A stretch of 64,000 nucleotides of DNA, taken from contig NW_027191471.1 of the NCBI RefSeq assembly GCF_011745625.1, forward strand, positions 310,001-374,000. The letters run 5' to 3'. Both the position numbers and the translations under genes were made by a program. A model generated the notes under the pieces. That model was given only the letters and a program-made list of their open reading frames with translations. It was not told the origin of the DNA and did not search any database. The stretch comes from Cladosporium halotolerans. Lineage: Eukaryota. Positions 50,122 to 60,230 of the stretch are shown here, piece by piece; position 1 is the stretch's first letter; each line of letters begins with the position of its first letter.

Positions 50122-51386
50122 TATGGGCAGCTGAGCGTGTTTTTCCTGAGTCGGTGAGCAGTTGCTATTCAGCATCGGAAGCGATGGTGCCTTTATCGCC
50201 CTGTGATGTAGCAGCAAAAGCACTGTGAGCAATGACGGACCACGCTAAGGAAGAGTTCCTTGGCTGGAGGGGCAGGATGCGCCTTGCGAATCACCGCGAG
50301 GCTGGTCTATACAGCTGACTTACCGAGCCGGGTGTCTGAAGGTGCAAAGCAGGCGGAGTCTCTTGGCGACCTGAGCTTAACCGGATCTCATGCCAAAGCA
50401 ACCGAGCCGCGTCGTGCTCGCCCTGTAGCCGCATATGTTGTATTCCCGGGTTCTTTGCATGAAGGCGGACATGGCGGCTGTGTTGTGGTGAGGGCGTTGC
50501 GGCAGTGTTGCGCAAGGTGTCTGGAAAGCAGCTTCTGCGCGTCAACGGCGGTTCTTGAAGCACGCCGCGTTCACTTGAGAGGCAGTCGGCTTGCGAGCTG
50601 CCTCAGCGTGGCCGTCATGCCTCTGATCTTGAGTGCTGATGGGGTGCTTGGGTGCAAGGCGGGCTACAGCAGCCTACGCTGACCTGTCTGATGGCTGCAG
50701 TGTGCCATCCAGATCGACGGCCAAGCATGTTGCATCGTGCAGGTGGTGTAAGGTACCTTAGCGTTGCGATGCCGCCCATCACTGCCGCGGACTTAGCCAG
50801 CCCTGTTTAACACCGCGCGACGATCCACCATGCAAGGGCCGCCTCTCCGGTTCTCTGCACCGAATGGGCACGTCCGGCACGTGGAACTTCGATGGCCTTG
50901 GAGCCCCGGCAGAGGTCGCCAAGCTGGTGCAAGGCTGAGCTTATTACTCGCACTGCCGGTGTTGATGGAAGACGCGGTGCTGTGAAGTGTTTGCATTCCG
51001 GCAGTGGTGAAGCCCCCGCGAAGGGCGGGACAGGCGGGTCAGCACCACGGCAGGCCGGCAGCAGACTGGATGTGGGCTTTGAGAGAGTGAAGGGGCCCAT
51101 TGCATCATGCCCGCCGGACTTTGCCATACCAGCGATCTTAGCACCGCTCGCGTCGTTCTGTACATCGCAGAGGACCGGAGGTAGGTGCTAGAAAACCGCG
51201 ATCACCATTACTTGAGGATTTTTCATCTTTCGTCTATATATTGACCTCCAAGTCACAACCACTCGATCTTCACACAACGTCAACCCACAAGCCCCATCAA
51301 CAGCTCTCGACGAACTTGAGAGCAACGCCACCAACACCACCCACAACAACATCCAAACCCAAACCCCCCCAGCCCTAACCCACACC

Positions 51387-52451
51387 ATGGCCGCCATCAT
51401 CGACAAAGCCAAGGAAGCCCTCGGCCACCACAGCGGCAAAACCTACACGCTTGCCGGCCAAAAAGTCGGCAGCACAGGCTTCGGCCTGATGGGCCTGACC
51501 TGGCGCCAGAACCCGCCCTCGCAGGCACAGTCCTTCGAAGCCATGCGCACCGCCCTCGCTCGCGGCGCCAACTTCTGGAACGGCGGCGAGCTCTACGGCA
51601 GCCCCGAGCGCAACTCCCTGCACCTGCTGCGCGAGTACTTCGAGCAGCACCCCGGCGACGCCGCGAAGGTCGTCATCTCGATCAAGGGCGGGCTGGAGAA
51701 GGGCGGCATGAAGCCCGACGGCCGCCCGGAGAACGTCCGCAGGAGCATCGACGAGTGCCTGACGCAGCTGGCGGGCACGAAGAAGTTGGATTTGTTCGAG
51801 TGTGCGCGCGTAGACCCGCAGACGCCGATTGAGGTTACTATGCGTGCGGCGAAGGAGTATGTCGATGCTGGCAAGCTGGGCGGCATCAGCCTGAGCGAGT
51901 GCAGCGCCGACACGATCAGGCGTGCGGCGAAGGTGGCGACGATCAGCGCCGTGGAGGTCGAGTACTCGCTCTGGGCGACTGAGATCCGGGACAATGGCGT
52001 CCTCAAGGCCTGTGGCGAGCTGGGCATCCCAATCGTTGCTTATTCGCCACTTGGCCGTGGCTTCTTGACTGGTCAGATCAGGAAGCACGAGGACCTTGCA
52101 GACGACGATGTCAGGAAGCACTACCCTCGCTTCTCGAAAGAGAACTTCCCCAAGAACCTTGAGCTGCTGACTCGCCTTGAGGCGCTGGCAAAGAGGAAGG
52201 GCTGCACCCCCGGGCAGGTGGGCATGGCTTGGGTCAAGGCACAGAGCGAGCGCGATGGCAACCCCGTCATCATCCCTATCCCCGGCGCCACGACTGCGGA
52301 GCGCGTGAATGAGAACACGACGGACGTCGAACTAAGCGAGAACGACCTGAAGGAGATCGAGAGCATTCTGGCAAGCGTGGAGATTCACGGCGACAGGTAC
52401 GGCGGACCGGTGAATGCTCTCAACTTTGGTGACAGCCCGCCTGAGCAGTAG
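51387..52451 (+). CDS. Aldo-keto reductase (pyridoxal reductase-like)
   Basis: GFGLMGLTW, WNGGELYG, DLFECARVD, ISLSE, VEVEYSL, AYSPLGRG, PIPGAT. Confidence 0.92.
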   Translation: MAAIIDKAKEALGHHSGKTYTLAGQKVGSTGFGLMGLTWRQNPPSQAQSFEAMRTALARGANFWNGGELYGSPERNSLHLLREYFEQHPGDAAKVVISIKGGLEKGGMKPDGRPENVRRSIDECLTQLAGTKKLDLFECARVDPQTPIEVTMRAAKEYVDAGKLGGISLSECSADTIRRAAKVATISAVEVEYSLWATEIRDNGVLKACGELGIPIVAYSPLGRGFLTGQIRKHEDLADDDVRKHYPRFSKENFPKNLELLTRLEALAKRKGCTPGQVGMAWVKAQSERDGNPVIIPIPGATTAERVNENTTDVELSENDLKEIESILASVEIHGDRYGGPVNALNFGDSPPEQ

Positions 52452-53149
52452 TGGCAAAGGGGTGGTTATAGATATTGCAACGATGAATACAAAAGATATT
52501 TCAACTACTTCAAAATTTTCAAATGCTGCTTCGCAGCACGCGAAATGCAAGATTGAGCTGGGGCCCCCGTCCAATTGTTTCGGAGAAACTCCACCTCGAG
52601 TAGTTTGAACTATTGCGGAATGACTTGGTCAATATCAGTCCAATGGAGCCCCCAATTAGCGCCTGAGAGTCATCTGCTTTCTTGAATACCTAAGCACAGG
52701 TCGACAAGTCCAGAACTTCGTGTGTCGACCTTCAAGGCATCAAACCACACAGACACTCGGGGTTGCAAGGGTTAGGGTTGCTTCTGGGCTCATCATCACG
52801 AGCTCACAGGAGGACAGCCACGCGCAAGGATGCGGAAAGACAGAAGGCTGATCAGAGCCCTGATCTTCCTTTGAAGGCTGCTTCAGCATCTATGACCTCG
52901 AGTCTCACAAAACATCGTTCACGTGTGCCATCTGCCCATGCTCGAGTCTTCACATGCCGTCACAAGCACAGGCGTGGCCATTGAGAGGGACAACAAACGC
53001 AATGACAATGGATTTGAAAGTTCACATCTTATTCATTCTAATTGACTAACTCTAGCACATGTCGAGAAGCACGTGAAGATCCTACAGGCACGTCAGCAAC
53101 CGTAAACGTGACAACATGTCGGGTTGAAGCATGTGAAGGGACGGTGATT

Positions 53150-53292
53150 TCAGGTCTCCAAGGTGATTGGATTTTTCGTCAACGTGTACACTCCCCTCCT
53201 CTCAAGCCTCACTTCACGAATGAGGTGTGCTTGAGCGGAAAGGGAAGCGCGAGTCTCGGTAAGAACACAGCGAAATATTTGTTGTTCATCAT
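53150..53292 (-). ncRNA. Box C/D snoRNA, U55/SNORD55-like guide plus a 5.8S guide
   Basis: C box ATGATGA, D box CTGA. CACCTTGGAGAC is antisense to LSU GUCUCCAAGGUG. D' guide TTTCGCTGTGTTCTT is antisense to 5.8S AAGAACGCAGCGAAA (one G-U pair). Confidence 0.85.
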
Positions 53293-53494
53293 TTGAGCAG
53301 TGCGAAGCAGAGATGAAGACGTACCATTGATTGAATGGCTATGCTAATATGGACGGCTGCCCCAACGCAGAACCTCATGCAAATAGAAAAGATGCCGTCT
53401 AGGAACTGCAATTCATGGAGGAGTATATATCTGCTTGGATCGTTAGCAAAGCTCTTCGCTATTATTGGATTGCCTCGCGCCAGACTGATCAACT

Positions 53495-53564
53495 TCAGAG
53501 ATTTTGATTTTCGTTTGTGTTTGTAATTCTTCACTGAAGTTGCAGCAGAAAGGGTTGACATCAT
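53495..53564 (-). ncRNA. Box C/D snoRNA, unassigned family, predicted 25S target near U2717 (yeast numbering)
   Basis: C box ATGATGT, D box CTGA, 13-nt guide GAAAATCAAAATC antisense to 25S GAUUUUGAUUUUC; intronic position matches its neighbours. Confidence 0.75.
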
Positions 53565-53718
53565 GAGATGAAGTCGAGGCGGAGGAAAGGATAAGAGTAA
53601 CGTACCTTGACTTATTTATCACACGCAGGGAATCATCATCACGTAGGCCACTGGATATCTGTCAGTAAGACTTCCGAGAAGAAGATCCATAATCGACAAG
53701 ATAGTGCAAGCTCTGCAT

Positions 53719-53874
53719 TCAGGCTGGAATTTGGTCAGTAATTGTTCTCGTGAACTCGAAGATCTTCGGGACATACCTCATTAAATCAGAATTTTCAGTG
53801 TAATGTACGTTCATAACGGCCTACGGTCGTTTACACCGTAGGCCGTTCAAACAGTGTGAATAGTTGTTCATCAT
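53719..53874 (-). ncRNA. snR51: Box C/D snoRNA snR51, interrupted by nested intron 53724-53776
   Basis: C box 53868-53874. D' guide ATTCACACTG (25S Um2729). Spliced 3' end CTGATTTAATGAG|CCTGA (18S Am100). Terminal stem CTCTGCA/TGCAGAG. Position follows snR41-snR70. Confidence 0.88.
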
Positions 53875-53982
53875 TGCAGAGGCGGGAGGGCGTAGGGGAA
53901 ATTGATGCTAACCTATCGGCCGTTGTCAGTTATTTGCTTCAAGCGAATAGCACTTTCAAGGTTCGACAATGCAGGGCAAAGA

Positions 53983-54109
53983 TCAGTCGACGCTTTCTCA
54001 ACAATCAAGGCCCCGGCCGAACACCCACGAGGGTTTGTACGCCCTCGCTTTTTGCGAATGCCGACCGAAGACTTGGTCTGTCCGCCCGTTGCGTTGTAGG
54101 TCTCATCGT
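53983..54109 (-). ncRNA. snR70: Box C/D snoRNA snR70 (18S Cm1639)
   Basis: C box ACGATGA; ACGGGCGG-A-CAGA(D') is antisense to 18S CCGCCCGU with +5 on C1639; D box CTGA; lies between snR41 and snR51. Confidence 0.8.
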
Positions 54110-54215
54110 AGAAGGGGAAATGGTGTTGAGAGGAGGATAATGTACCTGAGAGGCTTGTTAGTGCTATGTTCGCAGAAACTATGCCAATGATATAATGGTG
54201 GTAAGAGCGTGTATG

Positions 54216-54299
54216 TCAGACAAGGCTGAAACTTAGTTTGACAACATTCAACATGATATATTCGTGTTCGAGGAATGCCATTTGTCACAATATCATCAA
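54216..54299 (-). ncRNA. snR41: Box C/D snoRNA snR41 (18S Gm1126)
   Basis: C box TTGATGA; 14-nt guide AAGTTTCAGCCTTG-T-CTGA antisense to 18S CAAGGCUGAAACUU with +5 on G1126. Confidence 0.88.
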
Positions 54300-54501
54300 T
54301 CGGAGGGGAAGGGTAGGAATGATATGAATCGGAATGTCGTACCTTTTACAACATGAGACGGTGTGATGGGACTGCAGAGTCCCGAGTACGAATGGTATCG
54401 CAGAAAAGAGATCATTGATCATGCATTCTACCTGAGATGTATTGTTAGCCTATGGCCTAATTCGTATGCACTGTTGCATAAAGATGAAAGACCACAAGTG
54501 G

Positions 54502-54574
54502 TCAGAGTAATTCTAGAGTTGTATAGTTCCTTCATGACGCTATAGGAATTGGATTGTTCGTGATATAACATCCT
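54502..54574 (-). ncRNA. Box C/D snoRNA, U45/SNORD45-like (18S site equivalent to human Am159)
   Basis: 3' end CTCTAGAATTACTCTGA antisense to 18S GUAAUUCUAGAG; degenerate C box AGGATGT; internal GAACAATCCAA antisense to LSU UUGGAUUGUUC. Confidence 0.8.
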
Positions 54575-55058
54575 TTGGTGGCCGTTTCGAGGGAAGGGAT
54601 GGGGTACCGTACCTGTTGGCGTGAATTGTCGCGAGAAATTAGTGCATGCTTTCCCGCGCATCGAAGCGCATGGCAGCTGCCAACCACACGAAGACTTCAT
54701 CTCAGTCAATCTCTTCAAGCTCGAGTCGAAGAGAGTGCGTTGGCATTGCCATGGCTGTCGAATCAACGAGAAGCGTGATGGGAGAAAGACGTCTCGAATT
54801 TGAGGAAGAGAAATCTTATACCAAGCGGCGGCGTAAGCGGAGGTGCCGCCCGACTTTGCCAAGAGATTTGGTGAGAAGTGACTGCACGCGACCGCGTGAG
54901 GGGTTCGCGTCACGGCTCGACGCGACTTTCGGCTTGCCTTGGTGATGACGATTCGACCAAACAGAGAGTCGCCGCTCTGCACCACAACAGCTGCACCACA
55001 ACAGCTTTGGACCTATTGACTGAGGGACTTCAACAAGCACAAGGCCGCTGCATTCAGC

Positions 55059-57778
55059 ATGGAGGGCCAAGAGCGCCCGGGCATCTTTGAGGATGTTCGC
55101 TACACCATCATTCCAAGCGACGACCTGACCGATGATCAAACCAAGCTGGTATGGCCCTCTACAACGCGTGATCGTGAATGCTTGCTGACCCTCCACAGCT
55201 CCGCGAGACCCTCGATGAAGAAGGTGCTGTCTTCTCGTCTCTGGGCGATCATGGCGGTATTGCGAACCTGCACGAACTTACGCATGTCATCTCCACCCAC
55301 ATCGATTTCCCCGATTATTCTCGCGCAGTCGACCTCGCCGTCGATGTCGTCAGACCCATGTGGGTGCAAGTTAGCATTAAGAAAGAGAAGATGACAAACG
55401 CGAGGCCTTTCAGCCCAGATCCGAGCCAATACTTCCACGATGTTGTCCTTACATCCGCAAACCTGCCTGAAGGCGACAAGGAAGCTATCATGGCCGGTGT
55501 TCTAGCACTTGGTGGGCAGTTCAGCAATCCACTTACGAAACTATGCACACACATTGTTACGACGGACGAGAATCATGATAAATGTATCATTGCGAGGACA
55601 AAGGGAATGAGCTGCAAGATCCTGCTGCCTCACTGGTTCGATGTTTGCCTCAAGCTCGGCAAGAAGATCAACGAGGGCCCCTATACCTTTCCTGACCCGG
55701 AGATCTTGAGGTACGATCATGAGAGACCGCCAAAGGCAATTCCGTCACCACACCTTGAGGATGCAAGCACAGATCAACCCTCGCACGCGCCTGAAGCCTC
55801 GCCTCCGTCTTCACCATCTGCTGCACGCAAGAGCCTGAACGCTTTCTCGAATAAGAGGGTCTTCCTCTGCAAGGATTTGGAGCTTAGCAAGCATCTCCGT
55901 GGCACCTTGGAGGTCATTGTTCAGCAAGGAGGCGGGTCCTTATCTGACAACGTCGCGGACGCTGATGTGTATATCGGACGTTACCGTGAAGGGCGTGATT
56001 ACGTCCAAGCATCTCGTGCCCGCAAGGAAGTTGCCAGTCTGGCTTGGTTGTATCACGTAATCAATCGAAACCATTGGACATCCCCAACCAACAAGCTGCT
56101 TCATTATCCCATCCCGAAGGAGGGCTTGCCTGGATTTTCGAACATGAGAATAAGTGTATCGAACTACTCAGGAGAGGCCCGGATCTATCTGGAGAACCTA
56201 GTCAGACACTGCGGTGCTGAATTCACGAAGACATTCAAGCAAGACAACACCCACCTGATCACCGCGCACGAGAACAGCGAGAAGGTCGAGGCTGCCAAAG
56301 AGTGGGGAATCAATATCATCAATCATCTCTGGCTGGAAGAAAGCTACGCGAAATGCACCGTCATGCCACTGACTGTCCCGAAGTACACCATATTCCCTAC
56401 TCGCTCTAACTTAGGTGAAGTCTGTGGGAATATGGCACTGGACCTACAAGCGGTGGAGCGCAAGTTTCTACCGAAAGAATCATCGCCTCCTAAAACATCG
56501 AACAAATCATCGCCTCAGAAGGCTTCGTACGTTATGACCGATGCTACCAGCCACACAATGTCCGATCATGAAGAACACCCAGAAGAGCCGGCAGATGCTG
56601 AGAACGTCGTCGAGCCTGAAGAACCCGAGGAACCGAAAACCGTCAAAAAGCGCGCTGGTAGGCCGGCGAAGACCACAGTTGCAACGCCACGCCCTGCATC
56701 TGATGAAAAGGAGAACGAGTCCCCAATCACTAGTACTGGTCGAGCATCGAAGATGAAGGCTGTGGGCAAGCTCTCTCTTGCAGCTGAAGACATGGCGTTA
56801 TACGATCGTGAGATGAAGCGCAAAGGCGGCTTGCTGCACGGAGGTCGCAGGTCAAGCCATCATGAAGAGGACTCGCCAGCCCCTGCGGCTCATCAAGCCA
56901 AGAGGCAGAAAAAACGAGCGAGTGATGAAAATACCTACGACGTGACGGCACAAGGCAGTGATCTCAGTGACGGTGAGACACAGAAGCCCATGAAACCGGC
57001 AAAGAAGGCGAAGACCGCGAAGGAACCCAAGGACAAGAACCCTAGTTTGCCGCCAATAGTCCACAGGATGATGGTCACCGGCGACGAGCGGTGGGTTGGG
57101 AAGCCGAAGAAGGAAGACGAGGACAAGAAGACTCTACGCGCACTCGGCGTACAATTAACCCAGGACCCGAAGGATGTCGACATTCTTGTTGCCCCCAAAA
57201 TGCTGCGCACACCAAAATTCGTCTGCGCCCTGGCCTCTGCGCCTCTTGTTGTCGACACTAAGTATCTTGACACAGCGCTGAAGCAGAAGAAGCTAGTGGA
57301 GAACCCGAAAGTCTTACAGGACCGTGATGCCGAGAATAGAATGGGCTTCTCTCTCGCAGATGCACTTGAGAGGGCCAAGATCAACAACCGCAAGCTCTTC
57401 CGGGGCTGGAGTATATTCGTCACACGCGACATTCCAGGAACCTTCGACACTTTCAGTTCCATCGTATCCCTCAACGGCGGCAAGCCATTGATGTACCAGG
57501 GCCGCGCGGGCACCACGCTCCCAAAGCGAAGGCTGAAAGACGACCCAAATGCAGGCGGCGAAAGCCAACATCAGGGTGGCGAAGAAGAGTTTGATTATGT
57601 CTACCTGGTATCTGGTACTAGTGAGCCGGAGAAGAAACTGTGGAAGTCCTTCTCGGAACTAGCGGCCAGGCAAGGTCTAGAGGCGAGGATTGTGAAAGCA
57701 GATTGGCTACTACATGCGGCCATGAGTCAACAGATTGCATGGAAGGACACTTGGGATTTGACAGAGGACGCATCCTAA
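55059..57778 (+). CDS. RTT107: Multi-BRCT DNA-damage scaffold (Rtt107/Brc1 family)
   Basis: Tandem BRCT motifs (THIVT..PHWFDVC; ISVSNYSGEARIYLENL..THLI..HLWLEES; RTPKFVCALA). Intron 55149-55198. Confidence 0.85.
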
Positions 57779-57969
57779 GCCAGAGCGATGTTGCCTCGTG
57801 TTGATGCACTTTCTCTCCTCTCTGCATTTGCGGCTCGACTCTTTGGCATGGTCGGCACAACGGTCTTTGCATGATTTTGACGATTTTTGTTTTCCAGCGT
57901 GGCGCAGGAGGGTCTGGCTTCTGGTTCTTTCGACGTTCCTCATACCCCGTTTGTGAATAAAATAGTTCC

Positions 57970-58671
57970 TTAGCTCTCGACCTTCACTTTCCTCATCTGA
58001 TCCGTGATCGCATCCTCGCCCTCGTCCTCGTCGTCCTCTCCACCCTTGCCAGCCAAGCCTTGCTCCCAAAGTTGCTTTCCCGTAAGCCTCTTCTCTTCAG
58101 TCTTGCCCCTGCTCTTCTTCTTCTCTTCCGCCTCCGCCTGTTCTTTCTGCCTCTGTTTCAACTCTGCCATCTCCTTCTTGAAGTCGGCCTGCCACTTCTT
58201 GAATGACTCCGGAGTCACCTTCTCACCCTCAAACTTCCTGTTCTCTTCTTCCTCTGCCTTCCTCATCTCCTGCTCGTGCGCCTCGTTGACAGCATTCTGC
58301 CGTGAAACAATGAGCGATTCCGCCTCGTCCTTCAGCGTCGAGTACAAAGTGAACACCATAGCCATGCCCATGTTCTCCTCAATCGTAGGCTGCAGAGCCT
58401 CCAGCAAGCGGGCCTTGTCGTCTTGAATGTCTAGGTGTTCATGTTTGGGCGCATTTGGCGGCGCGGTGATGTCCAGCGTGGGTGCTTCGTCCGGGTATGC
58501 TTCGCCATATCGCACGTTCAGAAGGATGGTCGGGGGCTCATCATCGTCTTCTCGTGTGGGGATGTCCAGCTGCATCGATATGCGGTATTCGGTCTCACTG
58601 ACGTCTGTGATTTCCTCCGGGAAGATTGATTCGAGGACTTCCCGCTCCTCCTGCTGCTCTTCGCGACCCAT
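57970..58671 (-). CDS. GIR2: RWD-domain protein, Gir2/RWDD1 family
   Basis: EEQQEEREVLESIFPEE, YPDEAP, ENMGMAMVF, FEGEKVT, LTGKQLWE. Confidence 0.88.
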   Translation of the reverse strand: MGREEQQEEREVLESIFPEEITDVSETEYRISMQLDIPTREDDDEPPTILLNVRYGEAYPDEAPTLDITAPPNAPKHEHLDIQDDKARLLEALQPTIEENMGMAMVFTLYSTLKDEAESLIVSRQNAVNEAHEQEMRKAEEEENRKFEGEKVTPESFKKWQADFKKEMAELKQRQKEQAEAEEKKKSRGKTEEKRLTGKQLWEQGLAGKGGEDDEDEGEDAITDQMRKVKVES

Positions 58672-59012
58672 AACTGATTGTTTATTCCGGATATGTGGAA
58701 AGAATGAGGCTAGCTCAACGCAAAGTCTTGAAATGCGCCTGTATGTGCAGAAGCGAACAGTGAGTGGCCGTGTAGGCTTCTCGTTCAATATGTACAGCAG
58801 CCTTTCTACAGCCCGCTTGAATCAAGTGGGATGAGCTCTCAGCAATCTTGTTGCCGACCGCTGGCGCTCCTTATCGATAAGAATCTCGGCTGGGAAATCT
58901 TCGCTACCGCCCGCTTTCACGACCTCTACCAAAATTTTGCTCCTTGCTCTCACGACCTATACCAAAGAATATTCCAATCTGCATATATTGATACGACTTT
59001 TGAAAAACTGCT

Positions 59013-60230
59013 ATGGCCAAATCCAAGCCGAGCAAAGCAGACAGCAAAGCTCGCAAGCAAGCCAAGAAGATGGCCACCAACGAAACCCCCGAGCAGCTCT
59101 ACGCCTCTGCTTTGACCTTTGTCGAGCAGTCGCAGCCCCTCGAGGCTCTTCAGCAGGCTCAAAAGCTTTACAACGCTGTCCAGAACCAGTCTGTCACTCA
59201 AGCGCTTCCGGCGCTGAACCTGCTCGGCGAGATCTGTGTTGAGCTGGGAGAGATCGAGATGGCCAAGGGTTACTTTGAGCAGGCTGTTGCCCTTGACCCT
59301 CAGGGCACTGTTGGTGGAGCTCTTGCCGACGGTGCAGAGAAGTTCCTCTGGCTCGCGCAATTGGCGGATGAGGGTGGAAAGCAGAGTGTGGCGTGGTTCG
59401 AGAAGGGTGTGCAGTGTCTGCAAAACGAAATCGCCGCGCTCGAGTCTGGGCAGGCTATTGGCTTGGACGAGGAATCTCTGCTTCTGTTGAGGGTGGAGAA
59501 GAAGCGCAAGCTCGCCAATGCGCTCTGCGGCATCGTGGAGATCTACATGACCGACCTGTCTTGGGAGGACGATGCTGAGGCGCGGTGCGAGAACTTGATC
59601 ACCCAGGCTATGGCCGCCGAGGATGAGACCAGCCCGGAGATTCTGCAGACCTTGGCTTCCGTGCGATTATCTCAGGAGAAGAAGGAAGACGCGCAGGCGG
59701 CGCTGAAGCGGTCTATGGGCGTGTGGAAGGATCTGGATCCCGAAGACTCAGCGGTGCCTGACTTTGCGACGCGAATTTCACTTTCTCGGTTACTGATGGA
59801 GGCTGAATTGGAGAGCAGCGCCATGGACGTGCTAGAGAGATTGGTTCTGGAAGACGACCAAAGCGTGGAAACCTGGTACCTTGGTGGCTGGTGTCAGAAT
59901 TTGATTGCCAAAAAGACGGAGCGCGGTGAGTCCGGACCCGCAGGCGCTCAAATGACCGATGCAGAGCACGAGTCAAATCTGGGAGCGATTTACAAGGGCA
60001 GCAGGCGCTGGCTGAAGACGGCCCTGAAGCTCTATAAGCTTGTGGAGTATGAGGATGAGCGGTTGAAGCAGCATGCGGAGGAGCTCGTGGCTTCGTTGGA
60101 TGGGATGTTGGGCGCGGAGAAAGAGGGCGAAGAGGATGCAGACGATCAGTGGGAGGACGAATGGGAAGGCATCGAGGATGACGAGGACGATGCTCAGGAT
60201 GGTGCCGACACTGAGATGAAGGACTCGTAA
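59013..60230 (+). CDS. ACL4: TPR protein, assembly chaperone of Rpl4 (Acl4)
   Basis: EKFLWLAQL..GGKQSVAWFEKG, EIYMTDL, QTLASVRLSQ, DDQSVETWYLGGW, acidic tail. Confidence 0.85.
   Translation: MAKSKPSKADSKARKQAKKMATNETPEQLYASALTFVEQSQPLEALQQAQKLYNAVQNQSVTQALPALNLLGEICVELGEIEMAKGYFEQAVALDPQGTVGGALADGAEKFLWLAQLADEGGKQSVAWFEKGVQCLQNEIAALESGQAIGLDEESLLLLRVEKKRKLANALCGIVEIYMTDLSWEDDAEARCENLITQAMAAEDETSPEILQTLASVRLSQEKKEDAQAALKRSMGVWKDLDPEDSAVPDFATRISLSRLLMEAELESSAMDVLERLVLEDDQSVETWYLGGWCQNLIAKKTERGESGPAGAQMTDAEHESNLGAIYKGSRRWLKTALKLYKLVEYEDERLKQHAEELVASLDGMLGAEKEGEEDADDQWEDEWEGIEDDEDDAQDGADTEMKDS

Larger units (their letters stand above)
53082..54612 (-). ncRNA. Non-coding snoRNA host transcript (span of six snoRNA-bearing introns; true ends unknown)
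   Basis: Introns 54432-54612, 54146-54342, 53913-54145, 53651-53912, 53431-53605 and 53082-53324. Each has a GT donor, pyrimidine run, C/D snoRNA, CTRAC branch and YAG. Exons lack a coherent ORF. Confidence 0.85.

Noticed and set aside
52700..53080. Possible seventh snoRNA (GTGATGATGA on the minus strand near 52790)
   Set aside because: No matching D box with an rRNA guide and no intron framework found.
53815..53847. Perfect 13-bp inverted repeat as terminator or MITE
   Set aside because: Explained as the D'/C' internal stem of snR51.
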